Assembly: GCA_903882285.1 (NCBI GenBank)
Contig: CAIRWM010000055.1
Span: forward strand, 9,473 to 73,472
Length of the DNA: 64,000 nucleotides
DNA from: an uncultured cyanobacterium
GTDB lineage: Bacteria > Cyanobacteriota > Cyanobacteriia > PCC-6307 > Cyanobiaceae
Direction of reading: 5' to 3'
A model generated the notes under the pieces. It searched no databases. It saw nothing but the letters and a program-made list of their open reading frames with translations, and was not told where the DNA came from. Of this stretch, positions 53,144-62,748 are shown piece by piece (the first letter of the stretch is position 1; each line of letters begins with the position of its first letter). Position numbers and translations under genes: made by a program.

Positions 53144-53345
53144 GGCGCGATGGCGAGGTCGCTGGCTTCCTCATCAAGCTGCCACAGATGGCCCGGGCAG
53201 CAAGACGACAGCCGCCGCTCCGATCCAGTTGCCCACCGTCAGACCAGCTCACGCCGGCACCGCAAACGCCGTGTCTGGTGGCCTGGATGCTTGCCGACCC
53301 CACCGGTGGCGTTTAGGGTGCACGCCACGCCGTCTCCGATCCCCT

Positions 53346-55739
53346 GTGACCCTGAGTCCTTCGCGTCCCGACACGGCCCCCGCCGGCAGCTCGGCCCCCG
53401 CTGGCAGCCCCGTCACAGCCGGGCTGGAGCACGCCCTGCGGTCCAGTGGCGGCAGCGATGATCGCGGGGTGTTTCCCGCCACGGCCCCGGCGGCCAATCC
53501 GGTCTTTTATCGCACCTACAGCCGCAAGACGGCCACCGGCCGCGAGAGCTGGCATGAGGTGGCGGAGCGCAACCTCCAAGGGCTGTGCCAGCTCGGCCAT
53601 CTCAGCGACGACGAGGTGGCCCTGCTGCGCCGCATGCAGCAGCAGCAGAAGGCCCTGCCCTCCGGACGCTGGCTGTGGATCGGCGGCACCGAATGGATCG
53701 AGCGCAGCGAAAACTTCTCCGGGGCCTACAACTGCACCTCCACCAACTTGGTGGACTGGGAAGCGTTTGCCCTGATGATGGATCTAGCGATGATGGGCTG
53801 CGGCACCGGCGCCATCATCGAACCGCATCTGATCGAGCGCCTGCCGGTGGTACGCAACGCGCTGGTGATCGACGTCATCAGTGACATCGGAGTCACCGCC
53901 GCCGCCGATCGCCAGGAGAGCACCACCCACCAGATCGACGGCCACCGGGTGGCGATCAAGGTGGGCGACACCCGCCACGGCTGGGTGGATAGCTACCGGC
54001 TGCTGCTGGAGCTCAGCAGCGACGAGCGCTTCAGTGAGCCGGTACACGTGTCGGTGGATCTGGCCGACGTGCGGCCGGTGGGCGAAAGTCTGAAGGGGTT
54101 CGGCGGCATGGCCAACCCGGTGAAGCTCAAGGACCTCTACGGCCGGGTCGCCCAGATCCTCAACCGGGCCCGGGGCCGTCAGCTCACCTCGGTGGAGTGC
54201 TGCCTACTGATCGACGAGGCCGCCGTCACGATCGTGGCCGGCAATATCCGCCGCAGCGCCGGCATGCGCCAGTTCGCCGCCGACGATCTCGAGGCGTCCC
54301 GCGCCAAGGACAATCTCTGGCAGCAGGACAGCGAGGGCAACTGGCGCATCGACCCCGAGCGCGATGCGCTGCGGATGGCCAACCACACCCGCGTGTTCCA
54401 CACCCGGCCCAGCCGGGAGGTGGTGCTTGAGGCGGTCAACCGCCAATTCCAGTCCGGCGAAGGTGCCATCCAGTTCGCCCCCGAGGCGATAGCCCGCTCC
54501 AACGCCGATCTCCTGCCCACTCCCGAGCTGCGCAGCGAATTCATTGGCGTCTACTGCGAGCAGGGTCGCGAGGAAGCCGGCCGCTGGCTGCAGTTGCATC
54601 ACTCCGGCATCGGCGCCGACGAACTGGAGCACCGCCTCGGCCGCTACGGCCTCAACCCCTGCGGCGAGATCCTCGGCGCCGACTTCCATTGCAATCTGGC
54701 CGAGATCCATCTCAACCAGATCGATCCGCACGATGAGCAGGCCCAAGAGGATGCCTTCAAGGCCGGCGCCATCGCCGTGGCCTGCCTGCTCAACCACCGC
54801 TTCGAGGTGGAGCGCTATCGCCAGAGCCGCGCCTGGGATCCGATCGTGGGCGTGAGCTTCACCGGCCTGTTCGACTTCTTCGTGCACGCCTTCGGCACCC
54901 CGTGGCTGCAGTGGTGGGAGGCTGGCCGTCCCGACAGCGAAGAGGGCCGGGGCTTCCGCGCCGAGGAGGCCCGCTACCTGGGCCGCTGGAAGGCGATCGT
55001 CAACCAGGCGGTGTGGGAGTACTGCGATCGCCATGGCCTGCAGCGCCCCAACCGCTGCACCACCGTGCAGCCCGCCGGCACCAAGAGCCTGCTCACAGGC
55101 GCCTCCCCAGGCTGGCATCCGCCCAAGGCGCAGCGCTTCATCCGCCGCATCACCTTCCGCAAGAACGATCCGGTGGCGCTCGCCTGCATGGACTACGGCT
55201 ACACGATCGTGCCCAGCCAGAGCGACAAGGATGAGCAGGGCCGCCTGCTGGACGATCCGTTCGATCCCCGCTGCGGCGAGTGGCTGGTGGAGATCCCCAC
55301 CGAAGTGAGCTGGGCCAACATCCCCGGCGCCGATGCGGTTGAGATCAACAACTTCTCCGCCTTGGCCCAGTTCGACTTCTACATGCAGGTGCAGAAGCAC
55401 TACACGGCCCATAACACCTCGGCCACGGTGGAGTTCCGCCAGCATGAGATCGAGCCGTTGGCCGATGCCATCCATCGCGCCATCGACAACGGCGAGGGCT
55501 ACATCTCCGCCGCCCTGCTGGCCCGCTTCGACGCCAATGCCACCTTCCCGCGCCTGCCCTTCGAGCCGATCGACGCCGCCACCTACGCCCGTCTCTCCGC
55601 CGAGGTAATCGAGCGGCGGCGCATCTCCGACTTCTTCGAGGCGCTGCGTCGTTACGACGGAGGCGAGCTGATCGAGGCCGGCCCGGCCGGCTGCGATTCC
55701 GACAAGTGCCTGCTGCCGCTGGCGAAGCCGGCGACCTAA
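53346..55739 (+). CDS. nrdJ: Adenosylcobalamin-dependent ribonucleoside-triphosphate reductase (class II)
   Basis: PSGRWLW, YNC, GCGTG, GNIRRSA, NPCGEI, CNL and TTVQPAGTKS motifs. No intein insertion seen. Confidence 0.95.
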   Translation: MTLSPSRPDTAPAGSSAPAGSPVTAGLEHALRSSGGSDDRGVFPATAPAANPVFYRTYSRKTATGRESWHEVAERNLQGLCQLGHLSDDEVALLRRMQQQQKALPSGRWLWIGGTEWIERSENFSGAYNCTSTNLVDWEAFALMMDLAMMGCGTGAIIEPHLIERLPVVRNALVIDVISDIGVTAAADRQESTTHQIDGHRVAIKVGDTRHGWVDSYRLLLELSSDERFSEPVHVSVDLADVRPVGESLKGFGGMANPVKLKDLYGRVAQILNRARGRQLTSVECCLLIDEAAVTIVAGNIRRSAGMRQFAADDLEASRAKDNLWQQDSEGNWRIDPERDALRMANHTRVFHTRPSREVVLEAVNRQFQSGEGAIQFAPEAIARSNADLLPTPELRSEFIGVYCEQGREEAGRWLQLHHSGIGADELEHRLGRYGLNPCGEILGADFHCNLAEIHLNQIDPHDEQAQEDAFKAGAIAVACLLNHRFEVERYRQSRAWDPIVGVSFTGLFDFFVHAFGTPWLQWWEAGRPDSEEGRGFRAEEARYLGRWKAIVNQAVWEYCDRHGLQRPNRCTTVQPAGTKSLLTGASPGWHPPKAQRFIRRITFRKNDPVALACMDYGYTIVPSQSDKDEQGRLLDDPFDPRCGEWLVEIPTEVSWANIPGADAVEINNFSALAQFDFYMQVQKHYTAHNTSATVEFRQHEIEPLADAIHRAIDNGEGYISAALLARFDANATFPRLPFEPIDAATYARLSAEVIERRRISDFFEALRRYDGGELIEAGPAGCDSDKCLLPLAKPAT

Positions 55740-55829
55740 CCGATCTCGCCCCTCTCACACCCGATAGCCCCAGCGTCCAGCGGCGCTGGGGCCGTTTCGT
55801 CGTCACAATGGGGCCAGCCTTGCAACCCC

Positions 55830-56990
55830 ATGTCCACCCGCCTCAAGGTTGCCTTCGGTCTGCTGGCCCTGGTACCGGTCTCGGCGGCGGCCGAACGGTT
55901 CGGCTGGGGGGACACGGCCGTGTTCCTCACCTCGGCGGGCGCCATCCTGCCCCTGGCGCTCTGGCTGAGCACCGCCACCGAAGAGCTCGCGCTCATCCTC
56001 GGCCCCTCAATCGGCGCCCTGCTCAACGCCGTGTTCGGCAACGCCACCGAGCTGATCATTGCCCTGGTGGCGCTGCGCGCCGGCCTGGTGGAGATCGTCA
56101 AGGCGAGCATCACCGGCACGGTGATGGCCAACCTGTTGCTGGCGCTCGGGCTTTCAATGCTAGCCGGAGGCCTGGGGCGCAGCGAGCAGCGTTTCCAACC
56201 GGTGGTGGCCCGCGTCAATGGCTCGGCGATGACCCTGGCGGTGCTGGCGATCCTGCTGCCCAGCCTGGCGGCGCTGAGCAACGGCGAGGGCAGCGGTGGA
56301 GACGGCGTGATCGGCAGCGGCAGCGAGTCGTTCTCAATGTTCGTGGCCTGGGTGCTGCTGATCGTCTACGGGCTCACGCTCGTGTTTTCGCTGCACACGC
56401 ACCGCACCCTGTACGAAGTGGCGGAAGTGGACCTGACGGACGGGGCCCTGGGCGAGGAGAGCGGCCCCAGCACCGCCGACCACGGGCAGGCGCAGGCCTC
56501 CAAACCGGCCCTGCTGCCCTGGCTGCTGGTGCTGATCGGCGTCACAGTGGCGCTCGCCTACGAATCCGAGCTGTTCGTGGGCGTGGTTGAGGCGGTGACC
56601 GAGCGGATCGGGCTGTCGGCGTTGTTCACTGGTGTGGTGCTGCTACCCCTGCTCAGCGGCTTCTCCGAGTACGTCACCTCCGTGACGATGGCCCGCAAGA
56701 ACAAGATGGACCTCTCGGTCTCGGTGGCTCTTGGCGCCACCCTGCTGGTGGCCCTGCTGGTAGTGCCGCTAGTGGTGCTCCTGGGTCCGCGGCTCGGCCA
56801 CCCGATCGACCTGCGCTTCAACCTCTACGAGCTGGTGGCGGTGATCACCGCCGTGGTGGTGAGCAACCTGGTGAGCCTCGATGGCCGCTCCGACTGGCTG
56901 GAAGGGGTGCTGTTGCTGGCGGCCTACGTGATCCTGGCGGCAGGCTTCTATTTCCAGGGCAGCCCGGCCCCAGTCCTGCCGATCGGATGA
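55830..56990 (+). CDS. cax: Ca2+/H+ antiporter (CAX/ChaA)
   Basis: GALLNAVFGNATELII and ASITG..NLL alpha-1 repeat, with about 10 TM segments. Confidence 0.9.
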   Translation: MSTRLKVAFGLLALVPVSAAAERFGWGDTAVFLTSAGAILPLALWLSTATEELALILGPSIGALLNAVFGNATELIIALVALRAGLVEIVKASITGTVMANLLLALGLSMLAGGLGRSEQRFQPVVARVNGSAMTLAVLAILLPSLAALSNGEGSGGDGVIGSGSESFSMFVAWVLLIVYGLTLVFSLHTHRTLYEVAEVDLTDGALGEESGPSTADHGQAQASKPALLPWLLVLIGVTVALAYESELFVGVVEAVTERIGLSALFTGVVLLPLLSGFSEYVTSVTMARKNKMDLSVSVALGATLLVALLVVPLVVLLGPRLGHPIDLRFNLYELVAVITAVVVSNLVSLDGRSDWLEGVLLLAAYVILAAGFYFQGSPAPVLPIG

Positions 56991-58210
56991 CGACCCCCAT
57001 GCCTGACAGCACGGACCCCGCACCGATCAACACCCCGATCGCCGTCAGCGACCCGCCGCCTTTCCGGGCGAGCAACCTGGCCAGCCGGCTGCGGCGCTCG
57101 GCCAGCCTGCAGCTGCTGCTCAGCTCGCTGCTCACCCTGTTGGGGCTGGTGCTGCACCTCAGCTGGCTGGCGGTGCCAGCCGGGCTGCTCACGACCCTGC
57201 TGGCGCTGCTGCAACTGGTGCCGCCCCTCTGGCGCCAACTGAGCAACCGCTTCGACGACGTGCCCACCGCCCGGGTGCTGGCGGTGGTGGGGCTGGTGCT
57301 AGCGGCGATCGCCCTGCCAGTCGCCCTGGGCTGGTGGGATCCCTACCTGAGCTTCTGGCAACAGGAGAACTGGGCCGCGATCGGCGCCATCGGCGAGGGG
57401 GTGATCGGGGCCGTCGGCCAGATCCTGGTGGCCCTGGTGGCCCTAGCGATCGCCTGGCGCCAGGTGATGGTTGATCAACGGCTCACCGGCCAGCAGAACC
57501 GGATCACCCAGGCACAGACGATTGACAGCTTCATCCACGGCATCTCGGAACTGATCAGCGATGAGGAGGGCCTGCTTGAGGACTGGCCGCTGGAGCGGAT
57601 GCTGGCCGAGGGCCGGCTGGCCGCGGTGCTGGGCAGCGTCGACCGGGACGGCAAGGCCCGCATCCTGCGCTTCCTCTCCCACGCCCGCCTGCTGACGCCG
57701 CTGCGCCGCGACCACCGCCTGGGCCGGGCCATCCTCGATGGCGAAGGCGGCTACGAGGAAGACCGCCGCAATGGCATCCCCGTGATCCGGCTCAACGCCA
57801 TGCTCAAAGGTGTCGATCTGTCCGAGACCGATCTGCGCACCGTGGACTTCAACGGCGCCGACCTCTGCGGCACCGATTTCTCCGGCGCCGACCTGAGCGA
57901 AGCCAATCTGGCCAGCACCAACCTCGGCGGCGCCAATCTGGAGCGCACCCGGCTGGAGAACACGCGCTTCTTCTACGGCCGTCCCCAGACAGCCAGCCCC
58001 GCCGGCGGCAGCGCCACCGCCGACCACGGCACCGGCAACGGCACCGGGGCAATCGTTGAGAACCTCAACCTCTCCGGCGCCCGCTGGCTCGATGCCCAGG
58101 CGCACTTCTATCTGGCCAGCTGGAGTGGCAACCGCTCCCGCGCCACGCTTCCCGGAGGCTGCCAGGGCATCCCCAGCCAGTTGGAGGGCTCGCGGTCCCG
58201 CCGCGCCTGA
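56987..58210 (+). CDS. Membrane-anchored pentapeptide-repeat protein
   Basis: TM helices, then (A/T)(D/N)LxX repeats (LSETDLRTVDFNGADLCGTDFSGADLSEANL). ATGA overlap with cax. Confidence 0.85.
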   Translation: MTTPMPDSTDPAPINTPIAVSDPPPFRASNLASRLRRSASLQLLLSSLLTLLGLVLHLSWLAVPAGLLTTLLALLQLVPPLWRQLSNRFDDVPTARVLAVVGLVLAAIALPVALGWWDPYLSFWQQENWAAIGAIGEGVIGAVGQILVALVALAIAWRQVMVDQRLTGQQNRITQAQTIDSFIHGISELISDEEGLLEDWPLERMLAEGRLAAVLGSVDRDGKARILRFLSHARLLTPLRRDHRLGRAILDGEGGYEEDRRNGIPVIRLNAMLKGVDLSETDLRTVDFNGADLCGTDFSGADLSEANLASTNLGGANLERTRLENTRFFYGRPQTASPAGGSATADHGTGNGTGAIVENLNLSGARWLDAQAHFYLASWSGNRSRATLPGGCQGIPSQLEGSRSRRA

Positions 58211-58297
58211 AGCCCTCTCCCAACAACGATGGGCGGCCCGTGGGAAACTGGAGCCGTCCGCCGGCCGGAGTTCGCTCCCCCAGGCAGGGACACCCGT

Positions 58298-58382
58298 GGA
58301 GGGGTGGTCGAGTGGTTGATGGCTCCGGTCTTGAAAACCGGCGAAGGGAAACCTTCCGCGGGTTCGAATCCCGCCCCCTCCG
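58298..58382 (+). tRNA. tRNA-Ser(TGA)
   Basis: GGAGGGG/CCCCTCC acceptor stem, anticodon arm CCGGT-CTTGAAA-ACCGG, long variable arm and GGTTCGAATCC T-loop. CCA is not encoded. Confidence 0.96.
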
Positions 58383-58453
58383 TTCATTCGCTGCGCTCGC
58401 ACCAGAGCGCATCCCGCTGCGGCAGGCTAGCCATAACGCCCGCGGCTTCCTTG

Positions 58454-59155
58454 ATGGTTCATCGCTTCCTGGCCCAGCCCCTGCTGCGCTGCCTCGTGGT
58501 GCTGCTCCTTCTGCTAGGCAGCGCCGTGCCCGCCTGGGCTGAGTTCTCCCTGCCGCCCCTGCCCTACGCCGCCGACGCCCTGGAGCCGGCAATCGATGCC
58601 ACCACGATGACGATCCACCACGACCGCCATCACGGCGCCTACGTGGCCAATCTCAACGCCCTGATTAAGGCCCATCCCTCCTTGAAGACCCTCAGCCTCG
58701 ACGCGCTGCAGGGCCAGATCTCCCAGTTCCCCGCCGCGGTGCGCAACAACGGTGGTGGCCACTGGAACCACAGGCAATTCTGGGCCGTGATGGCACCGGC
58801 GGGGCAGGGCGGTGCGCCGTCGGAGCCGCTGCTGGCGGCGATCAACGCCAGCTTCGGTTCGCTGGAAGCGATGCAGGAGCAGTTCAACCGAGCGGCGGCC
58901 GAGCGCTTCGGTTCGGGCTGGGCCTGGCTGATCCGCAACGCCGATGGCACGCTCGCGATCACCAGCACCGCCAACCAGGACAATCCGCTGATGGACCTGA
59001 GCGGCATCGAGCGAGGCACTCCGCTGCTGGGCCTCGACGTGTGGGAGCACGCCTACTACCTCCACTACCAGAACCGCCGTCCCGATTACATCAAGGCCTG
59101 GTGGCCGCTGGTGAACTGGAACGAGGTCAACCGCCGCTTCAACGCCCTGTCATGA
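58454..59155 (+). CDS. sodA: Mn superoxide dismutase with an N-terminal signal peptide
   Basis: IHHDRHH, RNNGGGHWNH and TANQDNPL (Mn-type signatures), and DVWEHAYY. N-terminus ..LLLLLGSAVPAWA|EF. Confidence 0.9.
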   Translation: MVHRFLAQPLLRCLVVLLLLLGSAVPAWAEFSLPPLPYAADALEPAIDATTMTIHHDRHHGAYVANLNALIKAHPSLKTLSLDALQGQISQFPAAVRNNGGGHWNHRQFWAVMAPAGQGGAPSEPLLAAINASFGSLEAMQEQFNRAAAERFGSGWAWLIRNADGTLAITSTANQDNPLMDLSGIERGTPLLGLDVWEHAYYLHYQNRRPDYIKAWWPLVNWNEVNRRFNALS

Positions 59156-59376
59156 CCGGCAATCTCCAGGCCATCGGCTTTCTGTTCACCTGGGTGCTGG
59201 GCTGGGGCATCGGTGGCTCCCTGATCGACGCCGGCTTGATCCAGGCCGGCGTCTATTCCCTTGAGAAAGGCCAGCTGGGTACGGCGGCCACCTTCACCCT
59301 GTGGACGCTGCTCTGGGGTGCCGGCGGCATCGGCATCTACCGGCGCTGGACCCAGCCCAAGCCGCCCGGGGACTGA
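59152..59376 (+). CDS. 74-aa two-TM hypothetical protein coupled to sodA
   Basis: ATGA overlap with the sodA stop. Two Gly/Trp-rich hydrophobic segments. Confidence 0.7.
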   Translation: MTGNLQAIGFLFTWVLGWGIGGSLIDAGLIQAGVYSLEKGQLGTAATFTLWTLLWGAGGIGIYRRWTQPKPPGD

Positions 59377-59393
59377 GTGATGATCCGGCGGCG

Positions 59394-60182
59394 ATGGTGA
59401 GGGCACAAACCCTGGTGCGACCCCCTAAGTCAGCTGCCTTGCAGCCTGATCGGCAACGGCGGCTGGCACGGATCCTCGGAGCCGGACTGGGCGGCGCCCT
59501 GATGGCGATGCTGCCGATGGCCCCGCGAGGAACCGCCGCCCAACCGAAAAGCCCCATCGCCCTGCCGGAGCCCGAGGGCCAGACCCTGCTGCTGCAGAGC
59601 GTTGATCGTGCCGATTACGGCCCCCTGGCCGAACAGTTCCTCACCCAGGCCAGGCTCAGCTACTGCGGTGTGGCCAGCATGGTGATGGTGCTCAACAGCC
59701 TGGCGGTGCCGGCACCGCTGGCGGCGGGCTACGGCAACTACCGCTTCTGGACCCAGGAGAACGTGTTCGACTCCCCCCGCACCCGGGCGGTGCTCAGTCC
59801 TGAGCTGGTGGCGCGCCGGGGCATGTCCCTGGACCAACTGGGGGCGCTGCTGGCCAGCCATGGGCTGCAGACCAGGGCCATCCATGGCGATCGACTCAGT
59901 CTGGCCCAGTTGCGCCTGCTGCTACGCCACAACCTCAACAACCCCGGCGATCGCCTATTGGTCAACTACGACCGCACGGCCGTGGGCCAGGCCGGTGGCG
60001 GCCACATCTCCCCGGTCGCCGCGTACCACGCCGCCACGGATCGGGTGCTGATCCTGGATGTGGCGCGGTATCGCTACCCGTCAACATGGGTGGCCTTGGT
60101 CGATCTCTGGCAGGCGATCCGCAGCACCGACAACAGTTCTGGCCGCAGCCGCGGGGTGGTGGTGGTGCGGCGGATCAACTGA
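59394..60182 (+). CDS. Phytochelatin synthase family protein (prokaryotic type)
   Basis: TQ..LSYCGVAS (Cys), GGHISP (His) and LILDVARYRYP (Asp). Basic plus hydrophobic N-terminal leader. Confidence 0.9.
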   Translation: MVRAQTLVRPPKSAALQPDRQRRLARILGAGLGGALMAMLPMAPRGTAAQPKSPIALPEPEGQTLLLQSVDRADYGPLAEQFLTQARLSYCGVASMVMVLNSLAVPAPLAAGYGNYRFWTQENVFDSPRTRAVLSPELVARRGMSLDQLGALLASHGLQTRAIHGDRLSLAQLRLLLRHNLNNPGDRLLVNYDRTAVGQAGGGHISPVAAYHAATDRVLILDVARYRYPSTWVALVDLWQAIRSTDNSSGRSRGVVVVRRIN

Positions 60183-60220
60183 GCTGCTCGAAGGGGTAGC
60201 TTCCCCCCCCTGCTTTGGGC

Positions 60221-60541
60221 TCAGCCTGGGGTCAGCTGTTGCAACTGGGCCTCTAGGCGCTGGCGCAAGCGCGTCTGGACCAGGGCGCAGAGGTCGTCGA
60301 CCAAGGCGTGATCGGCGCTCCAGATGGTGCGCACACCAGCGCGCTGGCAGCACACCAGGCCAGCGCGCTGCAGCTGACCCAGCTGACGGCTGATGTGTGA
60401 CTGGGAGAAGCCGGTGGCCTCGATCAGGGCGGCCACATCCATCGGACCATGCTTGAGCTGACAGAGCAGCTGCAGCCGCGCCGGCTCACTCAGCAGCCGG
60501 AAGAACTGGCTGTATTCCTCCAGCAACTGGGGGCTGGGCAT
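60221..60541 (-). CDS. ArsR/SmtB family transcriptional regulator
   Basis: FRLLSEPARLQLL and SQSHISRQL..L..AGLV winged HTH. Alternative start at 60559. Confidence 0.88.
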   Translation of the reverse strand: MPSPQLLEEYSQFFRLLSEPARLQLLCQLKHGPMDVAALIEATGFSQSHISRQLGQLQRAGLVCCQRAGVRTIWSADHALVDDLCALVQTRLRQRLEAQLQQLTPG

Positions 60542-60606
60542 CGAGGCGATGGTGCCCATGGCGAGTGGGGTATGACGTTAAAAGCATTATGAGCACCCTG
60601 AACGCC

Positions 60607-61256
60607 ATGCCGAGGCCGTCCGCTCCATCCCCCGACCATCCAGGGGAGTTCTGGGATCAGCGCTTTAGCGAGAGCGGCTTTGCCTACGGAGATGAGCCCA
60701 ACGACTTTCTACGCCAGCAGGGGCAGCAGCTGATTCCCGGCCAGGCTGTCTGACTGGCCGAGGGAGAAGGCCGCAATGCCGTCCACCTGGCCCAGCTTGG
60801 CCATGCCGTGCTGGCTCAGAACCTCAGCCCTATGGGCCTGGACAAGGATCAGCGGCTGGCCACTACGCAGCCATCGAGACCCTCTGCTGTGACCTGGCCG
60901 ACTTCGAGCCCCCGCCGGCCAAATTTGATCTGGTGGTGGCGATCTGGATGCATCTGCCGGCCCGCCTGCGAGCCGAGACCCAGCGCCAAGCCATGGCCGC
61001 CCTGCGGCCAGGCGGCCATCTGATCCTGGAGGCCTACACCCCCAGCCAGCTCCGCTCCGCTACGGGTGGTCCACCCGTGGAGGCCTTGCTGATCGAGCCC
61101 CCCGTCCTGCACCAGGAACTGGTAGGACTGGAGTTTCTGGTGCTGGAGGAGCGCAAGCGCTGGATCGAAGAGGGCCCCTACCACCGGGGCCAGAGCGCTG
61201 TGGTGCAGCTGCTGGGTCGCAAACCCAGCGGCAAATCCGGCCGACAGGTCCCCTGA
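60607..61256 (+). pseudogene. Disrupted class I SAM methyltransferase (TehB-like family)
   Basis: FWDQRF..AYGDEPNDFL..GQAV*LAEGEGRNAV with an in-frame TGA at 60751-60753. A frameshift near 60865 precedes AIETLCCDLADF..LVVAIWMHLP..LRPGG.LILEAYTP. Confidence 0.85.
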
Positions 61257-61426
61257 GCCGATCCCTCCGTTCCCCCTGGCGCCAGCTGTTCACTTAGTGC
61301 AGCGACTCCATCCAACCTCCTTCTCGAACGCCTCCCGCTGACATCGCCTGGTGTCGCCTGTGACAGCAGAGCATCCGGAACGGCGCTCAAGATGCTGTCC
61401 CCATAGGTTGCTGACGAGGTTGCCGG

Positions 61427-61699
61427 ATGACCTTCTTGTCTGGTCCTGAGCGTGATGGCCGCAGCCGCACAACGCGGGCCTACCGACTCATCGATGCCCT
61501 GTGCCTGCCCCATCCCCAGCTCGATGGGCTCTATGACTCGATCGAGGAGGCCATCCTGGATGCCACCGGCTGGCTCGAGGATCTCGGCCCCGAAGGTGGC
61601 CAGGTGTCGATCGGCCTGGAGGTGAGCACGGCCAGCGGCGACTGGCGCACGATCCGCCAGCCCGTGCCTTTGCTCTGCCCCCTGCCCCTGCTCGTCTGA
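61427..61699 (+). CDS. Hypothetical protein
   Basis: YRLID..HPQLDGLYDSIEEA..IGLEVST.SGDWRT, with GC3-rich codons. Confidence 0.65.
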   Translation: MTFLSGPERDGRSRTTRAYRLIDALCLPHPQLDGLYDSIEEAILDATGWLEDLGPEGGQVSIGLEVSTASGDWRTIRQPVPLLCPLPLLV

Positions 61700-61720
61700 T
61701 GCGCTCAGCCAGCGCGAGGC

Positions 61721-62329
61721 TCAGATCTCCATGGAGCTCACCAGCTTGAGCTGTCACATCGCCTTGCCGGGGATCAGTTTGTAGCTCACGTGACGCACCC
61801 CGCCAGTGGCACGCGCATTGCTATCGCCCTCTTTCTAAATGGGGGAGCGCCTCACCAGGCTCGTCCTCACTACGGCGACTTGGTCGTGGCCGCGATAGCC
61901 CTTGGTGTCGCTGGTCCCCAGATCCTGAAGATGAATCGGCAGCAGGCCACCGCTGGCTGGGGTGCTCCAGGCCAGCACCGTGCCGTAACTGCCACTGCCG
62001 GCGCTCTGGACACAAATGAACAGTTCCGGCAGGCCGTCGCCGTTGAGGTCTTCCATCTCAGCGCCGATCACCTGGCCATCCACCTCCTGCCGCACCACCG
62101 GCAGAGCTTGGCCCCGACGGCTGGGCCTGACGCTGAGCTGGTGAACCGAGCCCTCGCCGCTGGCCACCACCACGTTCACTCCCTGCAGGCTGAGGCTGCG
62201 CACAAACGGCTTGGCCAGGGCAGGACAGAGCCAAGCTCCCAGGCTGCTGACCGACAGGGCGAGCACCAGCAGGCTGGCGGGCCTCAAGGAGGCAGGCCGC
62301 AAGGCAGCAGGCAGCAGACTGGAGGCCAT
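61721..62329 (-). pseudogene. PliI-family lysozyme inhibitor with two in-frame nonsense codons
   Basis: Signal peptide, SLSLQG, DG.V.GAE..DLNGDG.PE, SAGSGSYG and GYRGHD. Reading continues RRSPI*KEGDSNARATGGVRHVSYKLIPGKAM*QLKLVSSMEI, with TAG at 61835-61837 and TGA at 61754-61756. Confidence 0.8.
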
Positions 62330-62501
62330 GAATACAGGGCCCCAGGCTTCCAGCCGGATGGCCGGACGGGGGCTGCAGGGATGGGGCACCAAACCGTCAC
62401 GATCGACCGATCGCCCCACCCCCTCCAAGGAGGGGCATCAAGGGGAGATAACGAGAAGGCTGGCGTAAGAGTTCTAGAATGATTTTCTTGCATGGCTCGA
62501 T

Positions 62502-62732
62502 GTGAAGGTCACACACCACGGTGAGGAGCATCTGCTCTGTCTCTCTTCCGAGGAGGTGGCCCTTCTGGTGGACCTTTGTCACGCCGCCGCCATCTCCGAT
62601 CACCTGGGCGGCTCGGCCGATACGCCCCGCAAGCTGCGGCGCTTCATGGGCGACGTGCAGGGCTCCCTGTTCGACACGGCCCAGTCCGTCTGGCGGCGGC
62701 GCCGCAAGCGGCCCCGCACCCCCAGCAGCTGA
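62502..62732 (+). CDS. Hypothetical 76-aa protein
   Basis: GC3-rich codons and a basic C-terminus. Confidence 0.55.
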   Translation: MKVTHHGEEHLLCLSSEEVALLVDLCHAAAISDHLGGSADTPRKLRRFMGDVQGSLFDTAQSVWRRRRKRPRTPSS

Positions 62733-62748
62733 TCGCCGGAGCTGCCCC

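Noticed and set aside
53143-53346. Cobalamin riboswitch or NrdR box upstream of nrdJ, and an intein within nrdJ
   Set aside because: No B12-box or NrdR-like palindrome was recognisable, and the protein has no intein-like insertion.
60751-60753. Selenocysteine recoding of the TGA at a Cys position
   Set aside because: A frameshift follows about 110 nt later, other conserved residues have drifted, and no sel genes are seen in the window. Pseudogenisation is simpler.
61290-61472. 60-aa Cys-containing minus-strand ORF
   Set aside because: Atypical codon usage with many A/T-ending codons, and it overlaps a better-supported plus-strand ORF.
61754-61837. Alternative genetic code or readthrough in the PliI gene
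   Set aside because: TGA and TAG terminate well-recognised genes throughout the window, and each stop is one base from the expected Tyr or Trp codon.
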